Shown here one piece after another: positions 52,851 through 61,100 of a DNA stretch of 64,000 bases. The stretch is taken from positions 2,181,501-2,245,500 of the forward strand of contig OY969762.1 in assembly GCA_963702835.1 (NCBI GenBank), given 5' to 3'. How positions within the stretch are numbered: the first letter of the stretch is position 1; every line of letters starts with the position of its first letter. The stretch comes from Candidatus Aminicenantes bacterium. GTDB lineage: Bacteria > Acidobacteriota > Aminicenantia > Aminicenantales > JAFGAV01. A program made the translations under genes and the position numbers. The notes under the pieces were generated by a model. It was not told the DNA's origin. It saw only the letters and a program-made list of their open reading frames with translations, and ran no database searches.

Positions 52851-53458
52851 GAGGTCTCCTCCATGTTCCGTCGGATGAGGTCGAGAAAGAAGCGGGCGGC
52901 CGCCTGGGCTTCGTCCCGGCGGCCTTCCAGGAGCTTGAGGCCAATGCCGATCTGCATCGTCTTGATGAACTCCAGGAGCTCGTCCACCCGGATGGGCAAG
53001 CCTTCCTGGCGGATCTTCTGACTCAGGATCTCCCGGATGAACTCGCCGTGGGCCTCGAAGCCCTGGGTGGACCGCGCTACAAGGTCTTTCTTCTTGAAGG
53101 CGATAAAACCGCACATGCAGGGCAAAACCATCTTGAGAAAGCTGCGATTCTTCTCGAAATATTCCAGGCTGAAGGCGACGATCTGCTCCAAGGCCTCCCG
53201 GAAGGAACAGTCTTCCGGGATCCGTCGCCGGATCTCTTCGTTGACTTTCCGCGATTCCCGTTCCAGAAGACGGACAAAGATCTCGTCCTTGCTCTTGAAA
53301 TAATAGTAGAGGGTTCCCTTGGCCAGCTCGGCCGCCTCGGCAATGTCTTCCATCCGGGCGTTAAAATAGCCGTTCCGGGTGAAGACAGCCTCGGCCGCCG
53401 ACAAAATGTCCCGATGACGGGCCTGCTCTTCACGCTCTCTTCGTTCTTTAATGCTCAT
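52847..53458 (-). CDS. TetR/AcrR-family transcriptional regulator
   Basis: HTH region [37 protein letters not shown]. It is the first gene of the efflux operon. ATG 53458 is preferred; the track uses TTG 53476. Confidence 0.85.
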   Translation of the reverse strand: MSIKERREREEQARHRDILSAAEAVFTRNGYFNARMEDIAEAAELAKGTLYYYFKSKDEIFVRLLERESRKVNEEIRRRIPEDCSFREALEQIVAFSLEYFEKNRSFLKMVLPCMCGFIAFKKKDLVARSTQGFEAHGEFIREILSQKIRQEGLPIRVDELLEFIKTMQIGIGLKLLEGRRDEAQAAARFFLDLIRRNMEETS

Positions 53459-53575
53459 TTTCGACTCTATAGTCAAATTTCAACTGGCCGGTCATACTAT
53501 AGAAATCTGACGTGCGTGTCAAGAGGCGGGAGGCTCTATAACTAATTGCTTGGCAGGTCCCCAATTGGCACCGGG

Positions 53576-53769
53576 GGCCTGGGGGAGGAGTGAGGCGCCA
53601 TGAGCGGTTTAGCCCGGAATCTGCGGGTTTCGAAGGCTTCTGACATAATATTGTCGGCAGGCGAGCATGTCTGAGCCCCCGCAGGGGGCGAGTTGCGCAG
53701 CCGCCGAGAAACCCGCAGATTCCGCGGCGTTAAAAACCGCGGCCAGGCGCCGAGCCCTTCCCCCAGGCC
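53576..53769. repeat. Repeat family R1, copy B (compact, 194 bp)
   Basis: Termini GGCCTGGGGGAGGAGTGAGGCGCC (53576..53599) and GGCGCCGAGCCCTTCCCCCAGGCC (53746..53769) are inverted repeats (17/24). An internal perfect 17-bp stem joins CGGAATCTGCGGGTTTC (53615..53631) and GAAACCCGCAGATTCCG (53708..53724). Hairpin GCCCCC-gca-GGGGGC lies at 53685..53699. Confidence 0.8.
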
Positions 53770-53770
53770 C

Positions 53771-54760
53771 CTATTTGCTTCCTATCTCACTCTTCGCAAT
53801 AGAGCGGCATCGGTGAGAGCAATTGGCCTTGTCGCGGCGTCTGAGTTCTTGCCAGACCTCGTCGAGTCCGATGTCGGCCACCTCTTCGGCGCTAAGCAGG
53901 GCGACTCGGCCGCAGGGCCTCCAGAGCTCTTGGGCTTCCCGCCGGAAAAGGGCCAGGACGGGCGCCCCGCAGGCAGCAGCCAAGTGGGTTATGCCGGAAT
54001 CATTGCCCAGGTAAACCCGGCAGGCCGAAAGCCGAGCGGCCAGCCGGACAAGCGGCGGCTGTGCAACCCAGGTCCATCCCGGAGGAAAGCGGTGTCTCTT
54101 CAACTCCGGCTCAAGCCAGCCCTCGGCCTCGCCGGTAACGATTAAGCCGGCAATATTATTTTCGGCCAGCCGGCCGGCCACGTCCAGAAAACGATCGAGC
54201 GGCCAGCATTTCTTCCGGCTGCCGCTCCCCGGATGAATCACCGCCGGAAGGTTCTCGGCCCTGGCCGCCAAGGCCTGCCCTTCCCGCAGCTTGAGCCGGC
54301 AGAATGAATCAAATTCTCCCGCAAGAGCCGCGCCCGCTCCCCCCAGGGCCTCTGCCGTCAGGTCGAAATAATGCCGGCTGAGAGGCCGGGACGGTCCGGC
54401 CGGCGGTCCGATGATCCGAACCGACTTTGCGCCGTGCCGCCTCAGCGCCGCTTCGAGGTCGAGGCTGGATTCCCCGAGCCTCCAGCCCCAGATTTGATCG
54501 GTACTTTTAAGCCAAGTCTCGAGTTTCGGGTCCGAATAACCATCCCTGCCGAACAAGCCGGTGAATCGGCTCGACCCGGCATCCAGGACCTCCTCCACCA
54601 GAGCGGCGCTCTTCAACAGAAGGCCGTATTCGGCCCGGCCAACAAGAGTGAAGCGGCTTCCGGGATAGAACCGGCGCAGGAGCCGCAGGCTGGGCAGGAC
54701 GGCCAGCAGGTCGCCCAGCCCGCCCAGGCAAATTAGCAAGATGCTGATCTTTTTTTTCAC
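53771..54760 (-). CDS. Glycosyltransferase family 9 (LPS heptosyltransferase-like)
   Basis: 329 aa. ILLICLGGLGDLLAVLPSLRLLRRFYPG and GNDSGITHLAAACGAPVLALF match GT9 hallmarks. Confidence 0.85.
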   Translation of the reverse strand: MKKKISILLICLGGLGDLLAVLPSLRLLRRFYPGSRFTLVGRAEYGLLLKSAALVEEVLDAGSSRFTGLFGRDGYSDPKLETWLKSTDQIWGWRLGESSLDLEAALRRHGAKSVRIIGPPAGPSRPLSRHYFDLTAEALGGAGAALAGEFDSFCRLKLREGQALAARAENLPAVIHPGSGSRKKCWPLDRFLDVAGRLAENNIAGLIVTGEAEGWLEPELKRHRFPPGWTWVAQPPLVRLAARLSACRVYLGNDSGITHLAAACGAPVLALFRREAQELWRPCGRVALLSAEEVADIGLDEVWQELRRRDKANCSHRCRSIAKSEIGSK

Positions 54761-54856
54761 GGAAGGGGGATGCTCAGAATAGCATCTCCAGACGTGTGAT
54801 ACCTGGGGAGGGGTGGCACGGCGGAGGGGCTCCCCACCCGCGCGCAGCTTTGCATA

Positions 54857-54954
54857 GCTGGAGACACCTATGATTTCTCTTTATTATATTTATCCCCCTC
54901 TAGCCCCCCTTGGCGAAACAAGAGGGGCAAATGTTGGTGTCTCCGGAAAGGTCG
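54857..54954. repeat. Repeat family R2, copy 2
   Basis: CTGGAGACACC (54857..54867) pairs with GGTGTCTCCGG (54935..54945), then AAAGGTCGG follows. The internal hairpin GCCCCCCTTG-gcgaaa-CAAGAGGGGC is alignable to 31785..31883. Confidence 0.75.
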
Positions 54955-55017
54955 GCCGTGACAGGACCCCTCCTCTTTTTGATCGCTAGATCACACAATT
55001 GGAGATGCGATCATTGT

Positions 55018-57330
55018 TCAGCCTCGGCCGGCCAGGATGGATTCGGCAACCTTCTCCGCCGACAGCCCGAACAAGTCCTCGATGGCCACCCTGTCCAGCC
55101 AGCGGTCGTCCCAGGAGGCGCCCGTCTCCTGGACGATGTTCTTGATGTGCTCGTATTTGCCGCCCAAGGCCCGGACCTTGGCCTCCAGGGCCACCCCTTC
55201 GCGGAAAGTGATGTGCAGCAGGAGCAGGTACTCGATCATGTTGGGCTTGGAGGGCGAGGCGGATAGGATGGGGATGACCAGAATGCTGCGGCCGTCCTTG
55301 CGTCCCTTGCCGATATAGACGTTGCCCTGGCGGACGATGATATGCTTGGTCCCCTGCAGGCGGTTGTCTGTTTCCACCCGGGAGGGGATATCCTGGAGCG
55401 TCCCGCCTTTGCGCAGGACCTCGATGGTCGTCTGGTCGGTCGGCTCGCCCAGCAAGTTCAAGCCCTCAATGCGGTAGTAGGACGAGCCGGTGATGCCGGC
55501 CACCACAGCCTGAAGATATTTAAGCACGTTCACGTTCCGGGCGGTGAGCTGCGAAACGCGGACATCATGGCCGGCCAACGTATCGAATAAAAGCCCCTCC
55601 AGCCGGTCGCTGATCCGGCTGGTGCCCACGGTTACGGTTTTGGCCTGGTGCCGGATGGCGTCCACCGGCCGGGCCAGGCGGTTGATGGCCTCGCCCAGGC
55701 AGGCCAGCAGCGTGTTGAGCATGTTCAGGGCCGTTCCTTTGACTCCGAAATCCAGCTCGAAGTCGGAGGCGGGCAGCCGGCCCGAAAGATACTTGAGCAG
55801 CAGGAACAAGTCGGTTAACCGGTCGAAGCCGGAGGCCAGGGGCAGCTTGCCCTCCCTTTCACGCCGGCGCAGCTCGGCATAGAAGCGGGCCATCGTCTCC
55901 CGGAAAGACTGGTCCAGAACGAGGTCATAGACGTCCTGGCCTTGCCGGGCGCAACGCTCTACGGCGGCCTGGACGTCGCGGCGGAACCCATCCAGAAAGC
56001 GCGACCCGTCGTTGATGGCCAGGGCGGCGTAGTAGCCCCACAGGTGGCCGGCCAGGGTGACGATTACCGGAGTCAGGTGCTCCTCCAGACGGGGCACGTG
56101 GAAGACGTCCTCGGCGTAGGGCGCGAAGCGGTCCTCGTCCTCGTCGGCGATGACGAGCGGCACGGCTTTGTGAGCGCGGAAGATGGCGGTTTCCTTGACC
56201 AGGTCGGTGAGCACCGCTTCGGCCGCTCCCGCGGCGCAGACGATGATCATCGGTTCCGAAGATAAGTCGATGTGCTTCTTGTCCTCGACAAAATCGGAGG
56301 AGATGGTCTTATAGCACAGCTCGCTGAGCTTGATGCGAATCTCATCGGCGGCCACCTTGTTGGGCCCGCTGCCCACCACAGCCCAGTATGTCCGGAGCAG
56401 GGCCGTCCGGCGGGCCGAGGCCTGGAAGCGTTCCCGGAGGTCCAGGACGCGGCGCATGGCTTCCGGCAGGCGGAGGAGCTGCCGGACCTGGTCGGAGACA
56501 TATTCCTCGCTCCGGCGGCCGCGCAGGCGGGACACGGCCAGGCCCAGCAAGGCGCCGGCCACGATTTGTGCATAGAAGGCCTTGGTCGAGGCCACCGACA
56601 TTTCAATATCCCGGCCGCTGGAGGTGTAGAGAACACCGTCCACCTTGAAGGTCAGGTCCGAGTCCCGGCGGTTGATGACGCCCAGGGTGTGAGCGCCGCG
56701 GGCCCGGATAAGGTCCACGGTCCGGTTGGTGTCGGTGGTCGTGCCGGATTGGCTGATGGCCACCACCAGGGTATCCTGGAGGGAGGCGGGGTCGGCCTCC
56801 GGGCCCAGATGAAGGCTGCTCAACTCGGAGGCCTTCATGGATTGGACCTGAACCGAAGCGTCGGCAAGGTAGCCCCTCATGAGCTCGGCGCAGGCCTGGG
56901 CAGCCACCCCGGCCGTTCCCTGTCCGATGAATACGATCCGCCGGATGCGATCCTGGGCCAAGGCAGTCCGGAGCCGGGCCGTGAGCACTGACTCGTCCAG
57001 GGCCACCTCAAAGCGGGGCTTCCCGTCGCCCGCCACCCGCCATCGGCCCTGCAGCGTCTTTTCCACCGATAGGGGCGACTCGTTAATCTCCTTCATGAAA
57101 TAATGCGGATAGCCCTGACGGTCGGTGTCGCGAGAAGTGATGGGAGTGGATTTGATGTCCTGCTCTTTCAAGGTGACCGGAGCCCCATCATAGCCCACAG
57201 CCCGGATACCTGGGAGGCCCCCCGGCGAGTCCTGGTCCAAAATAAAGATCTGTCCTTGGCTGGGCCCCTTCCGGCCCCGGACGGCTTTTTCGCCTTCGAG
57301 CTTAATATATGAGGAAGTGGCCTCCACCAA
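55018..57330 (-). CDS. GlmS-like protein, C-terminal part with SIS (sugar isomerase) domains
   Basis: 770 aa with FIGQGTAGVAAQ and AISQSGTTTDT (SIS motifs) plus a second SIS-like half. It continues the reading frame of the upstream fragment after a 1-nt shift. Confidence 0.75.
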   Translation of the reverse strand: MVEATSSYIKLEGEKAVRGRKGPSQGQIFILDQDSPGGLPGIRAVGYDGAPVTLKEQDIKSTPITSRDTDRQGYPHYFMKEINESPLSVEKTLQGRWRVAGDGKPRFEVALDESVLTARLRTALAQDRIRRIVFIGQGTAGVAAQACAELMRGYLADASVQVQSMKASELSSLHLGPEADPASLQDTLVVAISQSGTTTDTNRTVDLIRARGAHTLGVINRRDSDLTFKVDGVLYTSSGRDIEMSVASTKAFYAQIVAGALLGLAVSRLRGRRSEEYVSDQVRQLLRLPEAMRRVLDLRERFQASARRTALLRTYWAVVGSGPNKVAADEIRIKLSELCYKTISSDFVEDKKHIDLSSEPMIIVCAAGAAEAVLTDLVKETAIFRAHKAVPLVIADEDEDRFAPYAEDVFHVPRLEEHLTPVIVTLAGHLWGYYAALAINDGSRFLDGFRRDVQAAVERCARQGQDVYDLVLDQSFRETMARFYAELRRREREGKLPLASGFDRLTDLFLLLKYLSGRLPASDFELDFGVKGTALNMLNTLLACLGEAINRLARPVDAIRHQAKTVTVGTSRISDRLEGLLFDTLAGHDVRVSQLTARNVNVLKYLQAVVAGITGSSYYRIEGLNLLGEPTDQTTIEVLRKGGTLQDIPSRVETDNRLQGTKHIIVRQGNVYIGKGRKDGRSILVIPILSASPSKPNMIEYLLLLHITFREGVALEAKVRALGGKYEHIKNIVQETGASWDDRWLDRVAIEDLFGLSAEKVAESILAGRG

Positions 57331-58616
57331 ACCATAGACCTCCGAGACGGCCAGGTAAAAACCCGGAGCCAGGCCGACAAAAGGGCCTGGCCGCTGCCCC
57401 GCTGGGCCAGGAACAGCTTGCCCGGCGCAAGGTCGCTCTGGAGGACGATGGCATGTGAGCCCTTGAATTCATTCAAGGCCAGGCGAAAAGCTTCCAGCAC
57501 ATCCTTGGTCTGCCGGTAATGATGGGCCACCCTCAGGGGGATGACCTTGGTGTCGGAGCCGATATCGCCGGCCAGGGCCAGCCCCTGCCGCTCCAGGTCC
57601 GCCTTGAGCTCGAGGTAGTTATCGATGTCGCCGTTCAGGCAGGCCTGGATGATGGGGAAGGAAGCCTCCGAACCGGCAAGCCGGCCGCGGCTGCGATTGT
57701 CCTGGGGATGACAGTTCAGCTCGGTGATGGCGCCCACCGAAGCCCAGCGGGTGTGGGAGACGATAGTTCGATGAGCGGCCGGCCGGTGCAGGGCGGTCCG
57801 GAAGAGCGCATCCCCGGCGATTTGACCTCTGAGGAAGCGGACATTATCGCCCAAGCAGCCGATCTCGGCAGCGATCTTGTAGGTAAAGACAGCCGCCGTC
57901 CGTCCGTCGGGGAGGCTGCCGAGGGAGATGGTGCGATTCAGGAGTTCTTTATCAGCCGCCCTCTGTTCAAGCTCAGCGGCCAGCCCCGCTTTCCGCAGCT
58001 CATCCATCCAAAGACCGAATTCCGCCGCGTCGAAGAGCATCAGCACCGACAGGCCGGCCGAATCACGGCCCCTCACCTCCAGCCGGTCCAGGCTGTTCAA
58101 GGCCAGGTTGAGGTTCCGCAGAATTTCGGCCGAATCCGGCGAAAGGGGCGGCCGGCTGAGGCTGCCGCCGGCCAAGGCCCTGACCTTTTCCACATTTTCC
58201 AGGACCTCGGCCTTGAGACACCAGGCCGTATCCTTCAGCTTTTCAAGCGCCTCGGACTGATGCTGGAGGCCGAGGCTGTCCGGCCGGCCCAGCTGCAGGG
58301 AATAGCGCTTTTCTTCCCTGCTGATCAGTTCCGAAAAGCGGCCGGCCAGGCCGGTCAAAGCCTTTTGGAGATCGGGCCGCTGCAAGAGAGCATAGAAAGG
58401 CTCCATCTCCCGAAGCGCGCAGACCGCTTCCCCAAGAGAGCTGAGATGTTCCTTCCCCCCTAGATATCCCTTCTCCAAAGAAATTCCGGCCGCCTCACAG
58501 GCCTCCCGGTCCCGGCCCTCGGCCAGCTCAACCATCTTCTCCAGCCGCGGCACATCGGGGAGGAGGCCGGAGAGCGGCTTGTGTTTGACCGACAGGATCC
58601 CCGCAATTCCGCACAT
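57168..58616 (-). CDS. GlmS-like protein, N-terminal class-II glutamine amidotransferase part (frame broken near 57379..57382)
   Basis: Starts MCGIAGIL (Ntn Cys), then a ~150-aa insertion, then RGRDSAG...SHTRWASVG...HPQ. After ...AQRGSGQAL the frame becomes nonsense, while the +1 frame continues with FVGLAPGFYLAVSEVYGLVEATSSYI. Confidence 0.75.
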   Translation of the reverse strand: MCGIAGILSVKHKPLSGLLPDVPRLEKMVELAEGRDREACEAAGISLEKGYLGGKEHLSSLGEAVCALREMEPFYALLQRPDLQKALTGLAGRFSELISREEKRYSLQLGRPDSLGLQHQSEALEKLKDTAWCLKAEVLENVEKVRALAGGSLSRPPLSPDSAEILRNLNLALNSLDRLEVRGRDSAGLSVLMLFDAAEFGLWMDELRKAGLAAELEQRAADKELLNRTISLGSLPDGRTAAVFTYKIAAEIGCLGDNVRFLRGQIAGDALFRTALHRPAAHRTIVSHTRWASVGAITELNCHPQDNRSRGRLAGSEASFPIIQACLNGDIDNYLELKADLERQGLALAGDIGSDTKVIPLRVAHHYRQTKDVLEAFRLALNEFKGSHAIVLQSDLAPGKLFLAQRGSGQALLSAWLRVFTWPSRRSMVWWRPLPHILSSKAKKPSGAGRGPAKDRSLFWTRTRRGASQVSGLWAMMGLRSP

Positions 58617-58680
58617 GGCCTTAATTTTACAGTGGACATTCTACCAAAAAAAATAGATAGGAGCGAATTGACACTTTTCA

Positions 58681-58710
58681 ATTGACAGGAGTCAGCCACT
58701 CCTGTTAGTT
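58681..58710 (+). promoter_or_regulatory. Putative promoter with overlapping palindrome upstream of the TPR/thioredoxin-like gene
   Basis: TTGACA (58681..58686), 18 nt spacer, TAGTTA (58705..58710). The spacer contains the perfect inverted repeat ACAGGAGT (58684..58691) / ACTCCTGT (58697..58704). Confidence 0.35.
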
Positions 58711-58741
58711 ATCATGTTTAAGGCCATGAAAAGGAATTGAT

Positions 58742-59905
58742 ATGAAACAAGCAAAGATCATCCTCGGACTCGTTCTTCTTCTCTATGTGGCGGCTTCCCC
58801 TCTCCGGCTGATCGGCCTCCAGGACCGGCCGGAGCAGCCTCCGGAATTCGCCCAATTCCGCAAGGCCATGAAGATCGAAGACCCGGCGGCCCGCCTCACC
58901 GAACTGGAACGTATCCAGGCCGCTTACTCCAACAGTCAGATTAAACAGATGTTGGAGAGCGCCATCATCTCAACTCGAGTGGAGATGAGCACCGACCTAG
59001 CCACGGTCCTCGACCTCCAAAAAAAACTCCTCCAAGAGGCCCGGGGACTGGAACGGCTGACCATCCTGGTCGATTCCGGCCGGGAAATCCTGGAACATCC
59101 CAACCTGAAGCGGTTCGACCCAAAAGCTGCGGCCGTTGCCGTGGTGGACTACTCTTCCCAGGGCTTGAAACTGGCCGAAGACCCGGACTTCTTGAAGTCG
59201 GTGAGTGAGAACGAAAAGCCCTATATTCAGATGTTCGTTCTTTACCTTGTTCAAACCAAGGCCCAAGCCTATCTTTCGGTCAAGGACGTCGACAACGCCC
59301 TCCGGGTTCTGGAAGAAAACAAGGCCAAGGGCGGGGACCAGGATAAGGTCAGCAACTACCAAATGGGAACCATTATGGAGCTCAAAGGCCAGGACAAAGA
59401 AGCCCTGGAATATTATTTCCGGGCCGCCGCCGAAAATTACATGGACAGTTCCGACAAGGCCCTTTATTTATATAAGAAGATCACCGGCTCGGCCGAAGGT
59501 TTCCAAGCCAAGCTGGAAGCCAAGCAGCACGAGTTACCTTTTGAACCCCAGAAATTCCAGCCCGGCCCGGAATGGAAGGGGAAGGCGGTTGTGGTAGAGT
59601 TGTTCACCGGTTCGGAATGCCCGCCCTGTGTGGCCGCCGACGTGGCTGTGGACGGCCTGCTCGAAACTCTGACGCCCAAATACTTGGCGGTCCTGGAATA
59701 CCATCTGCCTATCCCCCGGCCCGACCCCATGATGAATCAGGCCACCGCGCTACGGGCGGGTCACTACGGCGTCCGGAGCACGCCCAGCATTTTTATCGAC
59801 GGCCAGCCCTTGGCCGGGGGGGAGGGCCGATTTTCATGGCCAAGGCAAAATACAATCTCTACCTCGAAGAGCTCAAGAAACGGATCAATATTGATCCAGG
59901 CCTGA
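58742..59905 (+). CDS. Exported helical-repeat (TPR-like) + thioredoxin-fold CxxC protein, 5' part (frame broken at G7 tract 59816..59822)
   Basis: Signal peptide MKQAKIILGLVLLLYVAASP, helical repeats, then VVELFTGSECPPCVAADVA (DUF1223-like CPPC). The meaningful sequence ends at ...IDGQPLAGG. Confidence 0.7.
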   Translation: MKQAKIILGLVLLLYVAASPLRLIGLQDRPEQPPEFAQFRKAMKIEDPAARLTELERIQAAYSNSQIKQMLESAIISTRVEMSTDLATVLDLQKKLLQEARGLERLTILVDSGREILEHPNLKRFDPKAAAVAVVDYSSQGLKLAEDPDFLKSVSENEKPYIQMFVLYLVQTKAQAYLSVKDVDNALRVLEENKAKGGDQDKVSNYQMGTIMELKGQDKEALEYYFRAAAENYMDSSDKALYLYKKITGSAEGFQAKLEAKQHELPFEPQKFQPGPEWKGKAVVVELFTGSECPPCVAADVAVDGLLETLTPKYLAVLEYHLPIPRPDPMMNQATALRAGHYGVRSTPSIFIDGQPLAGGEGRFSWPRQNTISTSKSSRNGSILIQA

Positions 59906-60294
59906 AGATGAGGCTGGAGGCTTCACTCCAGGGAGACGATATTCAGGTCTCCTACACATTAGACAAACTTCCGGATAACGCCGACTGCCACTTAGCCCTG
60001 GTCCAGAAAGAGGAAAAATTCAAGGGCGGGAACGGCATCATCTTCCACAAAATGGTCGTTCGCGAGTTTAAAACCATGGCCGGCCCACCCGGCCTTTCCG
60101 GCCGGCTGACCATCAACCTCCCCAGCTCGGAACAGTCCGCCCTCCAACGAGTCAGCCAATACGAAAAGCAGATGTCTTTCACTTTCAAGGAGAAGCATGC
60201 GGCCATCGACCGGACCCGGCTCCGGATAGTTTTCTTCGTCCAGGACAAGAGCACGGACAAGGTCTATACAGCCGCCGTAGCGGATGTGAAATAG
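59836..60294 (+). CDS. 3' part of the same thioredoxin-fold gene (other frame)
   Basis: The frame of track ORF 59572..60294 reads ...GGGPIFMAKAKYNLYLEELKKRI... from the G-tract onward. This is a plausible continuation of the upstream domain, and ATG 59836 is the first Met after the shift. Confidence 0.6.
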   Translation: MAKAKYNLYLEELKKRINIDPGLKMRLEASLQGDDIQVSYTLDKLPDNADCHLALVQKEEKFKGGNGIIFHKMVVREFKTMAGPPGLSGRLTINLPSSEQSALQRVSQYEKQMSFTFKEKHAAIDRTRLRIVFFVQDKSTDKVYTAAVADVK

Positions 60295-60301
60295 AGCCTT
60301 C

Positions 60302-61090
60302 ATGACCTGGATCGACGCGCTCTTCCTGGGACTGGTCCAGGGGTTGGCCGAGTTTCTGCCCATCTCCAGCTCCGGACACCTGGAGCTGGCCCATGTCCTC
60401 CTGGGCACGCGCCAAGCCGAAAACCTGACCTTTTCAGTCGCCCTTCATGGCGCTACGGTCCTGGCCACGCTCATCGTCTTCTGGGCGGAAATCGTCCGTT
60501 TGATAAAGGGCGCGGCGGCCAAGGGCCGGAACTCTGAAAAAGATTATATCCTGAAGATTGGCCTATCGATGATTCCCATTGTCATCGTCGGGCTGTTCTT
60601 AAAGAACTGGGTCGAGAGTTTTTTCCGCGGCCGTTTGCTGGTGGTGGGTCTGTTTTTACTGCTCACGGCCGCCCTCCTGGCCCTGGCCTCTATCAAAAAG
60701 CCGGGCTCCCGGGACATTTCCTTCCTGGATGCCCTGATCATGGGCTTGGCCCAAGCTGCGGCGGTCATGCCCGGCTTATCACGCTCGGGGTCGACCATCG
60801 CCACCGGGATGCTGCAGGGCAACCGGAGAGAAGACCTGGCTAAATTTTCATTCCTCATGCCCGTTGTGCCTATCCTGGGGGCCAACCTGTTGGAGCTGGG
60901 GAAAGGGCAGTTCTCTTCGGCCGCGATCGGCTGGCTGCCCTTGGCCGTAGGCTTCCTGGCGGCCTTGGGCATGGGTCTTTTCACCTGCCGGTGGATGATT
61001 CGTCTCGTCCGCCGGGGCAAGCTGGCCGGCTTCGCCGTTTATTGTTTGGCCGCCGGCCTGGCCGCCATCCTGTTTTCGATTCTTAAGTAA
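60302..61090 (+). CDS. uppP: Undecaprenyl-diphosphate phosphatase
   Basis: 262 aa. MTWIDALFLGLVQGLAEFLPISSSGHL and PGLSRSGSTI are the conserved BacA/UppP motifs. Confidence 0.9.
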   Translation: MTWIDALFLGLVQGLAEFLPISSSGHLELAHVLLGTRQAENLTFSVALHGATVLATLIVFWAEIVRLIKGAAAKGRNSEKDYILKIGLSMIPIVIVGLFLKNWVESFFRGRLLVVGLFLLLTAALLALASIKKPGSRDISFLDALIMGLAQAAAVMPGLSRSGSTIATGMLQGNRREDLAKFSFLMPVVPILGANLLELGKGQFSSAAIGWLPLAVGFLAALGMGLFTCRWMIRLVRRGKLAGFAVYCLAAGLAAILFSILK

Positions 61091-61100
61091 GAGGGAAAGC

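Noticed and set aside
52851-53114. N-terminal 88-aa extension of the TolC ORF (track ORF 51534..53114).
   Set aside because: It overlaps the TetR gene. The signal peptide [14 protein letters not shown] starts at ATG 52850 in an ATGA overlap with the tetR stop.
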